Below the pieces are notes generated by a model. The model did no database searches. It was not told where the DNA came from and was given only the letters and a program-made list of their open reading frames with translations. DNA of 64,000 nucleotides, taken from the NCBI RefSeq assembly GCF_006345805.1, contig NC_043000.1, positions 108,314,001-108,378,000 of the forward strand. The letters run 5' to 3'. The first letter of the stretch is position 1, and every line of letters starts with the position of its first letter. A program made the translations under genes and the position numbers. This document shows positions 26,215-38,715 of the stretch, piece after piece. This DNA is from Octopus sinensis. Its lineage: Eukaryota.

Positions 26215-27475
26215 ACGTTCGAAGATACTGTACTTGATATGGGCGGTAGTGCCTTGCCGGTCTATGGCCTAGCTTCAACAAACCGGGAAGGCACAAACAC
26301 TCTGTCTTCACATTTGCTGCGTGAGACATGTTTTAATGTTGATGAGCTTGCCGAGTGCATAGCCGACAATGAGTCAAAGCTCCATCCAGAACAGAAGTTC
26401 GCTTACAACTCCGTTGTTAATTCAGTCCAGGCCAAAGCTGGGGGAATTTTTTTTCCTGGACGCTCCTGGAGGCACTGGGAAAACTTTTGTCAACAAATTA
26501 ATATTGGCTGAGATTAGGCGAACACAAGGCATTGCCCTAGCTGTGGCATCATCTGGAATTGCGGCTACTTTGTTGCCAGGCGGCAGGACAGCTCACTCCA
26601 CTTTCAAGGTTCCGCTTGACTTAGCGAAGACTGAGACACCAATTTGCAACATCAGTAACAGCTCCGATCAGGCAGAAGTCTTCAGACGATGCAAGCTTAT
26701 CGTTTGAGATGAATGCACGATGGCCCACAGAGGTGCTCTTGAGGCACTAGATAGATCTCTCAGAGACATCAAACACTCTTCAGCTCCCATGGGAGGCATA
26801 ACACTTCTTCTTTCAGGGGACTTCCGACAAACACTTCCCGTTATTCCCAAAGGGACTAGAGCTGATGCAGTAAGTGCGTGTCTAAAGTCATCCACATTGT
26901 GGCCACTGATGAAGACTCTCAAACTTCACACCAATATGCGTGCTCATATGCGACGTAATATCACATCAGCAGCATTTTCTCACACCCTCCTTGCACTTGG
27001 CGAAGGCAAAATACCAGGGGATGAAAATGGTAATATTGCCATCGATTCCATTTGTACCATTGTTAAAACGCCTTCTGATCTCAGAGATGCAGTGTTCCCA
27101 GATCAACAAGCTAATTATCAGAATATGGATTGGATTGGCCAAAGGGCTATTCTGGCCCCGAGGAATAAAACTGTTCACTATATTAATGATGAAATGCTAA
27201 AACTCATTCCTGGGGATTTCTATGTATATAAGTCTATCGATACAACTCCTGACCCAGAGGACGTCATCAACTATCCAATAGAGGTACTCAATTCCTTTGA
27301 GCCCCCCGGACTACCACCACACATTCTCAAACTTAAAGTTGGTGTCCCTATAATGCTCATTAGAAATTTGGTTCCCCCAAAACAATGCAATGGCACACGT
27401 TTGATCGTTAAGTCCTTATCTCCCACCGTAAACTTATATCAATATTTGCCGAGCATCGCCGGGCAATTCTGCTAG
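26215..27475 (+). mobile_element. Internally deleted Helitron (helicase remnant fused to the 3' terminus)
   Basis: 3' hairpin gccgagcatcgccgggc (27448-27464), then CTAG (27472-27475) followed by T, the canonical Helitron end. Confidence 0.88.
26239..27430 (+). pseudogene. pif1-like: PIF1-family (Helitron RepHel) helicase pseudogene
   Basis: Walker A FLDAPGGTGKTF, AVASSGIAATLLPGGRTAHSTFK, Walker B IV*DECTM, GDFRQTLPVI, AILAPRN, LKVGVPIMLIRNL..CNGTRL. Lesions are a +1 T in the run at 26447-26454, TGA at 26705-26707, and loss of the C-terminal motifs. Confidence 0.95.
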
Positions 27476-28967
27476 TAGGTGATACAATTAAATTCCATAA
27501 TCAAGTAGTACAAATGAAGAAAACTTTGGGTAGGTGTAGTGTTGGAAATGAAAACAAATGTTTTCCTATTCGAGCTTTAATGGAACGATTCATCAGATTG
27601 TAAAGGGACTGAGCTAAAACATCGTCTATTTTCTACACCTATGATGTCGCCTTAACGCTTGAATAAAGATACGTTATCTTGATGCAGCAGAGGATCAGAA
27701 GGAAGAAGATAAAGTGATATGATTTAATTGGGAAATAACATAGAAATTACTTTCAGCCTGAGAAACCAAACTAGTAGAATTACTTGATAAACACTCAGAA
27801 CTAAATGGGTAACAAAATGTGAAGAATTATCAACGCAGCCATCATATAAATTGTTGAAAATCACAATTGTCACATCAGTTACGAAATATCCTAGTTGAGA
27901 GATATAACAAAACTTTTAATCAGCGGCAACGCGACTCACTGCTGGAAAGATAAAATGTATTGTTGTATATGAGGAAAGATAGAATGAATCCCAATATATT
28001 TTGTACGACGGCACATCACTAGTTCTCTATGCTGTGTGGAAAGTCCTTTATATTACTGCCAAAAGCTGATAGAATTTCGTTGTTAATACAATGGTTAATG
28101 ATAAACGTCCATCATATGACAAATAATACCAGCTGCCTTGAATGTGCTGAATGGATACAAATGCTTTCAGTAATTGCGATATTCCGGTTGTCAAACATGC
28201 ATTCACTAGTCAAAGCTGAATACGTATGAATTCATAAGTATAGGAATTCAATCTTTTGTGTGGCGTAATTATTATTGTCTCGTATCTTTAGTTAAACATA
28301 TTGCATAATATATAAATATAGAAATAAATGAAAACCATCATTGATTTAGAAATATATTTGAACATCGAGAATATATATTTTATGATGTTTGTATTAGTGA
28401 ATATGGAGTTGATTTTGAAATTGTTCAAAAACTAATTTGAAATTAAATTTAGAATTACGAAAAACGTAATTGCTTTTCTGCTAAGTGGAGCTCATTTATT
28501 AAATGTAAGATGGCTGAACTTTGTTGAAATGAATGTTCTTATTTTGTTTTATGTGTGTCTGTGTCTGTGTGTAAATATGAGTGTGTGTGTATGAGAGAGA
28601 AAGGAGGAGAGAAAGAGAGAGAGAGAGATTGTTGTTATTGCTTTTGCTTCCTTTATTATATCTACCTATATATAAAGCATTTCATTTTGTCAATTATTCA
28701 AGCAATAGCTATAGTAATGTGAATAATTGTTAGTTCTTCAAATAGTTCGCTACAACAACAACGGCAAATTTAATAGTAATTATTACTAACAGTATTGGTA
28801 ATAATGATTTCTGGCAAGAGCCAATAAAATTAATAACTCGCAAATCTATATACTGTCCAAAAATATTAATTTTAAGTGCGGATCTGCAACTCACATCCTG
28901 CACATTTCCAATTCAGTATCATAATACACATTGTACATTCTCAGCCAAGCACACACACACAACTAAT

Positions 28968-29460
28968 GCCTTTCTGCTGTAGTTATAAGGCCTGAAATTT
29001 TAGGAGAGGGTCTAATTGATTACGTCGACCCCAGTGTTCTACAGGTCTTTATTTTATAGATCCCGCAAGGAAAACACACCCGACCTCGGCCAAATTTGAA
29101 CTCCGAACGTAAAGCTGGAAGAAATGCTGATTAGCATTTTGTCCAATGTTCTAACGATTCTGCCAGCACATTCATCATCCAATGAATTAACGTGACGCAT
29201 ATTTCCTACAGAATCACCATTCGATGATGTAACAGTTTCGCATTTAGACACCAAGGCAGGAATTTTTGAGGCGGAGATGTTAGTCGATACCTTTTACCAC
29301 GATATTTAACAAGTACATTTACTGGGCATTTTATTGAGTAGGAATGGATGGAAAAGCAAAGTTAGCCTCGGTGAGGTACTTATACTCATACCTTAAAAAG
29401 CCGGAACAAATAACAAAGAACACTTTCTCTGATGCCCTTACGATTCTACCATCTCACTGA
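28968..29460 (-). mobile_element. Two decayed OK-like SINE copies in tandem
   Basis: Units at about 28968-29175 and 29240-29460. Confidence 0.7.
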
Positions 29461-29871
29461 CATTCATAATGATAATAATTGGTACCAAAGATGCATAATT
29501 TTTTCTATAAATTATTTTCCTTTCATTTTCAACGGACGGTGATGCTTAGTTCTTCGTGCTCTGTCAGTTTCTTTATTTTCTTAAAGAGGGATTTCGTTGC
29601 TGTTTTGAACAAATTGCTCCTCCTCAATTACTTTCGTTGTTTTATATTGCGTGGTTTTTTTATAAGATATTTCCTTATGTTCTGGAACATATAGGTGTAA
29701 GAGGGCATGTTTTATTTTTAAACTATACCTCAGCTTTGAAGGCCTAGTAGTTAGACTTTTCCATCCAGCCAAAAGAAGGCTGCGGGTCGATCCTCACAAT
29801 GGACTCTGCTGATAATTGCATCCACCACACAAAGTCAACAGCTACTCGACAAAACTCCAGAAGTCAGCAAG

Positions 29872-30339
29872 GCCCGGGCGCGAATTTTTTTTCCCACGAG
29901 AGTTCCGGACCCCATTTTTGAACTCATTTGCATACAGCCAATCAGAGCTCAACTATTAAATTAATTTATGAGCGCAAGTGATGGGCGATAGGATAAGATC
30001 ATTTGGGTAAGGAATGACCATGCGTCTTTTCTCTTTTAATAATGCTTGTTCTTGTTCCTGTTTCAACCATGGCTGCCTCTGCGTAGTTATTTGTGTTGTC
30101 GTTTACTTTCTAGGGCCCTAACAAAATCCGATAATAGATATAGATGCAAATCTATCTAATTACTTGTCTCCTTCTAAAATCAGGCATAACTTGGCGATCG
30201 GTCGACTTACAACATTGTTCTTCGTCTTGAGTTTACTTGGTAGAATGTGTTTGTTAACTTGACATGGTCAAAGTGAGTTCTGATTGGCTGTATGCAAATG
30301 AGTTCCGGAACACTCGTGGGAAAAAATTTGCGGCTGGAC
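29872..30339. mobile_element. MITE with ~70-bp terminal inverted repeats
   Basis: aattttttttcccacgagagttccgga..aactcatttgcatacagccaatcaga mirrored by tctgattggctgtatgcaaatgagttccggaacactcgtgggaaaaaattt. Confidence 0.85.
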
Positions 30340-30729
30340 ATGCAAAACGGTTTCATTGCTGTTCTACGCTCATCTCAAAGAAGTACGCTTGACAGCACTT
30401 CCGTGCTTGTAGAACTTGTCATGAAACTGGCAGAGCCTCTCAGTAGCAATGCTAAACTATGGGTATCTGAAAATTGTCCACAGACTTGGCCCAAAGGTTC
30501 TTTGGAAAAGACCAGCTTATTGCTCTCCCCCGACGCCCAGATGATGTTGCCACTCTTACCCGACACTGATCCACTATATATCTCCAATGTGGAACTTCCA
30601 GTGGCCACATTGCCCCACTGACATAGGTCTGTGAGAGCTTGTCGACACTCCAGGTGCCAAGCACCTTTGATGATGATGATGATGATGATGATGACAATGA
30701 TGATGGTGATGATGATGATGATGATGGTG

Positions 30730-30792
<63 letters not shown>

Positions 30793-30879
30793 TGATAATG
30801 GCAGACATTTTGGCGGATGCGATGAGGACAACGTTTTCTGAATGTCTGAAATAATACATACCATGTACGCACACGCATA

Positions 30880-31688
30880 TACACACACACATGCATATAC
30901 ACACACACATCGCTTATCTAGGCAGAAAATTTTGCATAGATACAGTAACATTTCCCCTGGAAAACAAGTAATGCCAGTAAATATACAGAATAGAATTTTA
31001 AAAGTGTCTTATTAATGATAATAGATATTGCCTATGCGGATAATTTCCTAAGATATTACACCACATAGCATCAGTATGGGAACAGCTTTATAGAGACACA
31101 ACAGACTAAGTTAGAAACCTACATTAGTCAGTCAATTCTAATATTATTTTAATGCAAAATTCTTGAAAGCCTTGCAGATCTTCACTCCTACGAGAAAAAA
31201 AAGTGACGATACAAAGAAGAATCGCCTACTAAAGAAGAAGCTGGAAAACACGCACATTCATACACCCACACGCACATACACACACACACATGCATATACA
31301 CACACACATCGCTTATCTAGGCAGAAAATTTTGCATAGATACAGTAACATTTCCCCTGGAAAACAAGTAATGCCAGTAAATATACAGAATAGAATTTTAA
31401 AAGTGTCTTATTAATGATAATAGATATTGCCTATGCGGATAATTTCCTAAGATATTACACCACATAGCATCAGTATGGGAACAGCTTTATAGAGACACAA
31501 CAGACTAAGTTAGAAACCTACATTAGTCAGTCAATTCTAATATTATTTTAATGCAAAATTCTTGAAAGCCTTGCAGATCTTCACTCCTACGAGAAAAAAA
31601 AGTGACGATACAAAGAAGAATCGCCTACTAAAGAAGAAGCTGGAAAACACGCACATTCATACACCCACACGCACATACACACACACAA
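30880..31688. repeat. Tandem duplication, period 399 bp, two copies
   Basis: cgcttatcta occurs at 30911 and 31310; the copies appear identical by eye and the junctions lie in CA-rich microsatellite. Confidence 0.95.
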
Positions 31689-32223
31689 CTTAACTGAAAT
31701 TATTGCTCTGACAAAAATAGTAATCGTACGAAATAATTGATGTAGCAATAGTAAGGGATTGAGATTGCTGTGAAAATAAAGAACTGTCTTTGCTGTTGAA
31801 TAGAAATAATTACCAAACGTCCATCATTCGTTCCATTTGCAATTGATATAAATGAAATAATGCAAAATTGCATTGGTAAAGATATCGAGGAAAAAAAATT
31901 ACATACAGGCTTAAAGATTCGTGTGTTTCAAGATGCGGTAAATTTGGGATCTTTCTTTTACTACGATGAGAATTGGAGATTTCTAAGTATTTGGTAAGGT
32001 TTAAATGCATGTGTGCATGTCGATCAGGATTAATCTATCTCTCTGCTCCTCTCTGTCCCTCTCTTCACCTCTCTCTTTTTCTCTCACATCCTTTCTTTTT
32101 TTCTCTTCTCCTCTCTCTTCCATAACTTCTCCCTCCCTACGTATATGTGCGCATGTGTATATTATAAGATTTATATATCTGTGTATATATGCTTGTGTAT
32201 GTATGTATACATACGTATGTATA

Positions 32224-32968
32224 TATATATTATACACATACATATACTTGTACTTGTGGTGACATTCACCCTGGGCGGGTTGAGTCGGCTTCTTCTACCA
32301 CCCTCGAAGCATCTAGAACCATGGCAGCCCACGCACGACGGTCCTGCGCCAGTTCACTAGAGATAGCGAGCCAGTCACGGTTCCATCGGCGCAGGCCGAC
32401 CACCAGCAGTCCCGTGAGCACGGTGAGGTCCTCCTTGATCGTCATAATCCAGGTCTTCAGCTGCCCGCCCGCACGTTTCCGCCAGTTGGGAAGTGGAGTT
32501 GGGAGAAGGACATCACGGCTCAGTTCGCCCACCGGACGCGTACATGCATGGCCAAACCACCGCAAGCGCCGTTGCAGAAGGACAGATGGAAGGGGTCGCA
32601 GAGACAGGCGAAGTCGGAGATTGGCGGTGGGAACTCGATCCAGTCGACGGCAGCGAAGAACTTTCGTGGGAATATGTGGATTTCACAAGCGGTTCCCAAC
32701 AATCCCGCATGTAGAGACATCCTGTTTGCTGCAGATTGTCCGCAGACGCAGGGACAATACGACCGAGGAGCCGCCGGTTGCCGAAGCAGACATTCCGAGG
32801 ATTTTCACCAGAGCCCCGTCTGCCGGGTTGTGGCCCTAATACCACACGGTGTCAGACCAATCCGCCTTGGGTGGCCCTACCAGGAACCGAAGTTCCCGAT
32901 GGCATAGCTCTGACACTACCCGTTGCCAGCGTCCCCACCACGGTGAGGAGGGGATGGACTTTGAGGAC
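32224..32968 (-). mobile_element. Bipartite (5' plus 3' ends only) RTE-clade LINE derivative
   Basis: A 5' UTR-like leader and ATG (MSASATGGSS) join directly to the post-RT region QRRLRWFGHA..LLPTPLPNWRKRAGGQLKTW..AQDRRAW..STRPG. Short (CAAGTA) tail; no EN or RT domain; high GC. Confidence 0.85.
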
Positions 32969-33049
32969 GCACATACATATACACACATATATATATATAT
33001 ATACATAGATATATATTTATATATACACATACATATATACACATATATA

Positions 33050-33105
<56 letters not shown>

Positions 33106-33200
33106 GTTTGTACGTATATATAGATGCATGTATGTATATACGTCTATACAGTGTACGGTGTGTATGTACATATATGTGTGTGTTTGTATTAAGTACATAC

Positions 33201-33242
<42 letters not shown>

Positions 33243-33593
33243 GCATATATGCATACATTTTACACAGATACACACACACACACGCATTATTTGCACGTCT
33301 ACTGCGAAATCTGTAATGACTATTTGCATATTTATTCTTCACACATCTTGGCAGGTTCAGACGCTAAATAAACTGAACACTGTAGTGTATCTCTTGCGAG
33401 AAGGATTTCTCGTTTACAACAACGTTGTGTTCAAATCACCAGTCTCATTTGCGCACGGCATTCTGGGGGAAGCAGCCGGAAATCTGTGACTAACCCAAGC
33501 CTCATTTCAGATCTCTGGAGTAGAAGTAATCGACTAGCTCCATCCCCTAAAATTTCTGGTTCTGTGCTTACTGGAGAGAAGATTATTATTTTC

Positions 33594-33808
33594 AAGGCAG
33601 CGAACTGGCTGAAGCGTTTGTATGACCGGTAAAATGCTTAGCAGCAATGCGTCTGTCTATGTTCCGAGCTCAAAATCCGCACGACCTTGCCTTTCATCCT
33701 ATTGTCCTTTCGGAGTCGATAAAAAAGTACCAGTTGTGTACTGGGGTCGATGTAATCGACTTACCTCCTATCCCGAAATTACTGGCCTGGTGCCAAAATT
33801 TGAAACCA
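33594..33808 (+). mobile_element. OK-like SINE
   Basis: aaggcagcgaactggc head through gtgccaaaatttgaaacc tail. Confidence 0.85.
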
Positions 33809-34031
33809 TTATTATTATTAATCATTTGGAAGTTTCAGGCAAATTTCTTCTGTATAACAGCTGCACCTCCGTGTTGTTGGTACGTGTGCAAACTCTTCCC
33901 GGTATTGTATGGCATCAGTTCCTTTTTTGTCGGGTCTGGTGCAGTTTTTGTTGTACTAGTATTTGTATTGTGTGTTGTGTGTGTAATGCGTTGGGTAAAT
34001 ACCAGCAAGTGATTGTTTATTTTATTGAATA

Positions 34032-34775
34032 CTAGCAGTATACCCCAGCGTTGCTCGGGTTTGTTTTTTAGTTGCGCTTAAATGGCAGACTTTGATGTCG
34101 CGTTAACAAAGTTTTGACATGGTTTCAATCTATGAATAACAGTATAGTGTGGCGATGCTCAAGTTTGCTCTGAATGTGCTGCAAATGTGTAATGCCGACT
34201 TCAATTGTTGGTATTGTTGGTTAATATTCCTTCTATTAACATTATGGAGAAAAAAATTACCCGTAGATTTAAAGCAAAATGAAGCTCAAGTTTAGAACTG
34301 CACTGAAAATCCATTAAGAAGTTAACACTGCAACATTATTCATTAAGAAAAAGTACAGGAAAATCTGTCGTTCGCTCAAAACCAATGACATCACAACAAA
34401 ATTTTTTAGACCCTTTAGAATTGGAATTTTTGAAAAGTAAAACTTTTGCATTATGTAGCTTGTTATTCTCTTTAAGTGAACATTTTTCTGGTTGAAATAC
34501 ACCGAAAAATGGCGATACAACAGTCAATAAATCGTAAAAAAATAGGGATTTTCATAGAAAAAAAGCACCTTTTTGATGTAAATAATATTTGGTCTTAACA
34601 TGGTCCGATTTCAATTTTTTCTTCTACGAAATGAAGAGCAAGCCTTCTTCTATCATACTCTCAATTTTGGTCAACTTGCGCCCAGGGTCTTGGAGGAGAT
34701 AGTTTTAGTTGAAGCCTACCAAACCTGTCACACACACAGACAACTTCAGCTTTATAAATATATATATTTGCTATA
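34032..34775 (-). mobile_element. Non-autonomous Helitron
   Basis: The minus-strand 3' end reads cccgagcaacgctgggg-tatactg-CTAG|T (plus 34031-34059). The 5' end atatatttataaagctgaagttgtc is typical of Helitron-N starts; no coding capacity. Confidence 0.8.
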
Positions 34776-34894
34776 TAATGTGTGTCTTGTGTTTGTGGAT
34801 TATTTTGTTTGGGTTATATTGAATTGACAGTGTCTGGCGTAGGATGTGAACTGTTCCTAGCAGCCAACATCCGACGTCAGACACTACTTTTTCC

Positions 34895-35760
34895 TTCTTC
34901 TTTCTCTTAGATCCTGTTGTCATCGGGACATGATATGTCGATTATCATGCATGTTCTTTTTTTTCTTTTTCACAACAATGTGCGGACGTACGGTTTCTGA
35001 TGCCTGGTCAGGTGATCGCACTGAATTATTGCATCTCACAGGATTTTGCAATGTTCAATTTCCGTGACTCCTTCTGGGTTTTACTCATACCACGTCTTTG
35101 CTCTTTGTGATTTTCATAAAGCTACCCATGGATCACTCTTACCACGTTGCCATGTCGTCTTTTGTATTCGCGTTTTGCCAGTTTCGGGCATTCGCTAACG
35201 GTGTGCCAAGCCGTTTCACCTCTCTCACCACACATTCTGCATTTGTCGCTGTTGGTAGTGTTGTCGATTCTGCACTTCACATAGCTGGTCCTTAACGCTT
35301 GTTCTTGAGCTGTACATGAATGTTTCTGACTCTATCTTCAAGTCACTTCTCCTCATCTGTAGCCACCAGTCTTCAGTATTTGCCTTGGTGTTCGTATCTC
35401 TTGCCAACTTGACCGTACATTTTTCTCCTACCGGTTTCTTTTCTTTTTTGTCCTCTTTTCCTCTTTTAGTTTTTTCTTTCTTAACACAATTATCAGTTTT
35501 AATGACACCGGTGTCACTCTTATGGTGGAAGGCTCCGTGTACTTTCAACATTTTTCTTGTCTTCGTATCCATTTTTAGCCAATTTCTGATTCTATCTCCA
35601 TACTGAAGTGATGCTATCGCACATGTATTAACTGACTGGATTTTATTCCACCCGGTCAATTTTGGACGCAACACCAATCTTATTCTTCGGAAATATTCCC
35701 TCTTCATATGCCCTTTCATTTCCTTCTCCATTATCTCGTTGACTCTAGTATGCCAAAATA
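34895..35760 (-). mobile_element. R4/Dong-type LINE C-terminal part (post-RT, CCHC, REL), decayed
   Basis: KMDTKTRKML..HGAFHHKSD..AQEQALRT..CRMCGERGETAWHTVSEC..RPHIVV..CMIIDISCPDDNR. Confidence 0.85.
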
Positions 35761-35876
35761 TCTGCAGCCTTCCTTTTCAACTTGTTCAATTAGTTCTCTA
35801 TTAGGTAATTCTATACCTTTATTATTATCATTGTTTTTGTTGTTGTATAAAAGAAATTATTACCATTATTAATATA

Positions 35877-36093
35877 TAGGGTGGCGAGGTGGTAGATTCG
35901 TTAGCATGCGGGGTAAAAAGCATACCGACATTTCGTCTTTCGTTTCGTTCCACCTTCCAATTCCGTCGAGATCAACTTTGCCTTTCGTCCTTTCGGGGTC
36001 GATAAAATAAATACCAGTTGAGCATTGGGATCGTTGTAATCGACTCACCCCACTCCGTTGAAATTGCTGGCCTTGTGCCAAAATTTGAAACCA
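35877..36093 (+). mobile_element. OK-like SINE
   Basis: Core ctttgcctttcgtcctttcggggtcgataaaataa and tail gccttgtgccaaaatttgaaac. Confidence 0.88.
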
Positions 36094-36097
36094 TTGT

Positions 36098-36099
<2 letters not shown>

Positions 36100-36147
<48 letters not shown>

Positions 36148-36182
36148 CATTATTGTTGTTGTTGTTGTTCTTCTTCTTCTTC

Positions 36183-36268
<86 letters not shown>

Positions 36269-36883
36269 GTTATTATATGGTATATCATTTGTTTCTCCAT
36301 CAATTTAGCCATTTTCAATATCTCCAATCATTATTATTGTCATCGTTATTGTTTTTATTATTATTATTATTATTCATTTTATAAAAGAAGCGGTTATTAT
36401 CATTGATATTATTATAACTGATGTATTTTTAATATTATTGTTTCCATTTATTAATTAATTAACTTATATATTTATTCATTTCGGGGCCGGATACGAATTT
36501 GGTGTTCCATTTATAGATATTGAGCTTTATAAAATTTTCCAGAGTGGCATTATATTTAATTGCTGTGTTCAGTGTTTTGCATCTATAATCATTAACTAAA
36601 TCATAGTTGAGAATAGCCTATTAAACCACCATGTTCGTTCTCTTCTATCACTTCTTTTGGTCACCATTAGTTTCATTCCCATTGTATTGTCGTTGGTTTT
36701 TTTTTTGTTTGTTTGTTTTGGCATTTGCTTCTTTTTCCAACGCTTTTCATCAAACCATTATAATTAATAAACGCCATTATCTTGATCAAAGGAGCTTTCA
36801 CCTCTAGCACTGCCGTACAACCGCCACCACCACCACCACTATGGCTGCCAATACTGCTGCTGCTGCCGCCGCCGCCGCCGCCG

Positions 36884-36945
<62 letters not shown>

Positions 36946-37028
36946 GCTAGTACTACTACTACTACTGATAATAGTAATAATAATAAAATAATAATAATAA
37001 TACTAATACTAATAATAATAATAATAGA

Positions 37029-37059
<31 letters not shown>

Positions 37060-37161
37060 TAATAATAATAATAATGATAAAAAAAATAATAATAATAATA
37101 TAATAATAATTATAATAATAATAAAAATTAAAATAATAATAATGATAATAATAATAATAAT

Positions 37162-37217
<56 letters not shown>

Positions 37218-37250
37218 TAATATAATAATAATAATGATAATAAAAATTAA

Positions 37251-37287
<37 letters not shown>

Positions 37288-37290
37288 TGC
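36100..37290. repeat. Trinucleotide microsatellite complex (TAT, GCC, ACT, AAT)
   Basis: Seen directly. Confidence 0.95.
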
Positions 37291-38329
37291 TTGTACAATA
37301 AGTATTGTTATTATTTCACTTCGTGAAATTTTATCACAACGATAATGTTGATCAAAAACCACCGCTCTCGCTGCCACCACCATTAGTGCCATCGCCACCG
37401 CTTCCACCACCATTAGTGCCGTCGCCACCGCTTCCACCGCTATTACAACCACCACTTCTACCGTCACCATCTCATCAAGGTCTACTACTATAACAACAAT
37501 GCTGTTATATTAACAGAAATCTATTTTATCCTTAACAATACAGATGTTAGTATTAACATAATTACTACCCTCACCATTGACTCTTCAATCACTTGAAGGA
37601 AGGAAAAACATGTGTCCGCAACCACCATATCACGCATGCAACTAACAACGGTGGAGTCGTTAACTCCCTCACTAGCATCCTCAAATACGATTACCATGTC
37701 CAGCACTACCACCTCGTTCTCCATCAGCACCTATATTTCCTCCCCTCCCCTCACCATCACCGTCATCACCACTGTTGTAACTTCTATTATCTCCATTCAC
37801 CATCACGAACACGGTTCTAGCCTAGGAAGCGGCCTCTCTGCGGGCGCTTGATCTGCTAGAAGGGAGACATAAATCTCCCTCATATAACACATCTGTCGCC
37901 GAATACAGCGAAAGGAACATCAGATAAAATAGAAATAGATAAGCCTAAATGACTGGAATATTGGGGTTAGGTTAGGATGTCTTTGATCGTAGGTTTACTC
38001 GGTCAGCATTGATCTCCAACATATACAAGCTCCACCTAGTAGAGTACTGTAGCTCTCTAATATAATTCATTCCATTCATATGTATGTATGTATGGATGGA
38101 TGGATGGATGTGTGTATACCTTTGTCATACTGATTCCGCCTAGAGAAATACGTGGTAACATATTTCTCTAGGCCTGATGAATGCCCAGCGACTTATATGG
38201 TATGTATGTATGCATGCATTTAAACACACGCACACACACGCGCGCATATATATATATATGGAGAGATAAATAAAGTGTGAAAGAGAGCGAGAGAGACAAT
38301 CAGACAAACAGATGATAGGTAGATAGATA

Positions 38330-38486
38330 GATAGGTATCTATCTATCTATACACACACACATATTTATATGTATATATTTTATATATGCATAATATAGAT
38401 ATAGATATATCGATATACAATAAACAACATATGTATATACAGATACATACCTATATGTATATATACGTACATATATATATATATAT

Positions 38487-38547
<61 letters not shown>

Positions 38548-38672
38548 GTATTATATACATATAGGTATGTATCTGTATATACATATGTTTATTGTATATC
38601 GATATATCTATATCTATATTATGTATATATAAAATATATACATATAAATATGTGTGTGTGTATAGATAGATA

Positions 38673-38715
<43 letters not shown>
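38330..38715. repeat. (TA)n-rich low-complexity tract
   Basis: Seen directly. Confidence 0.95.
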
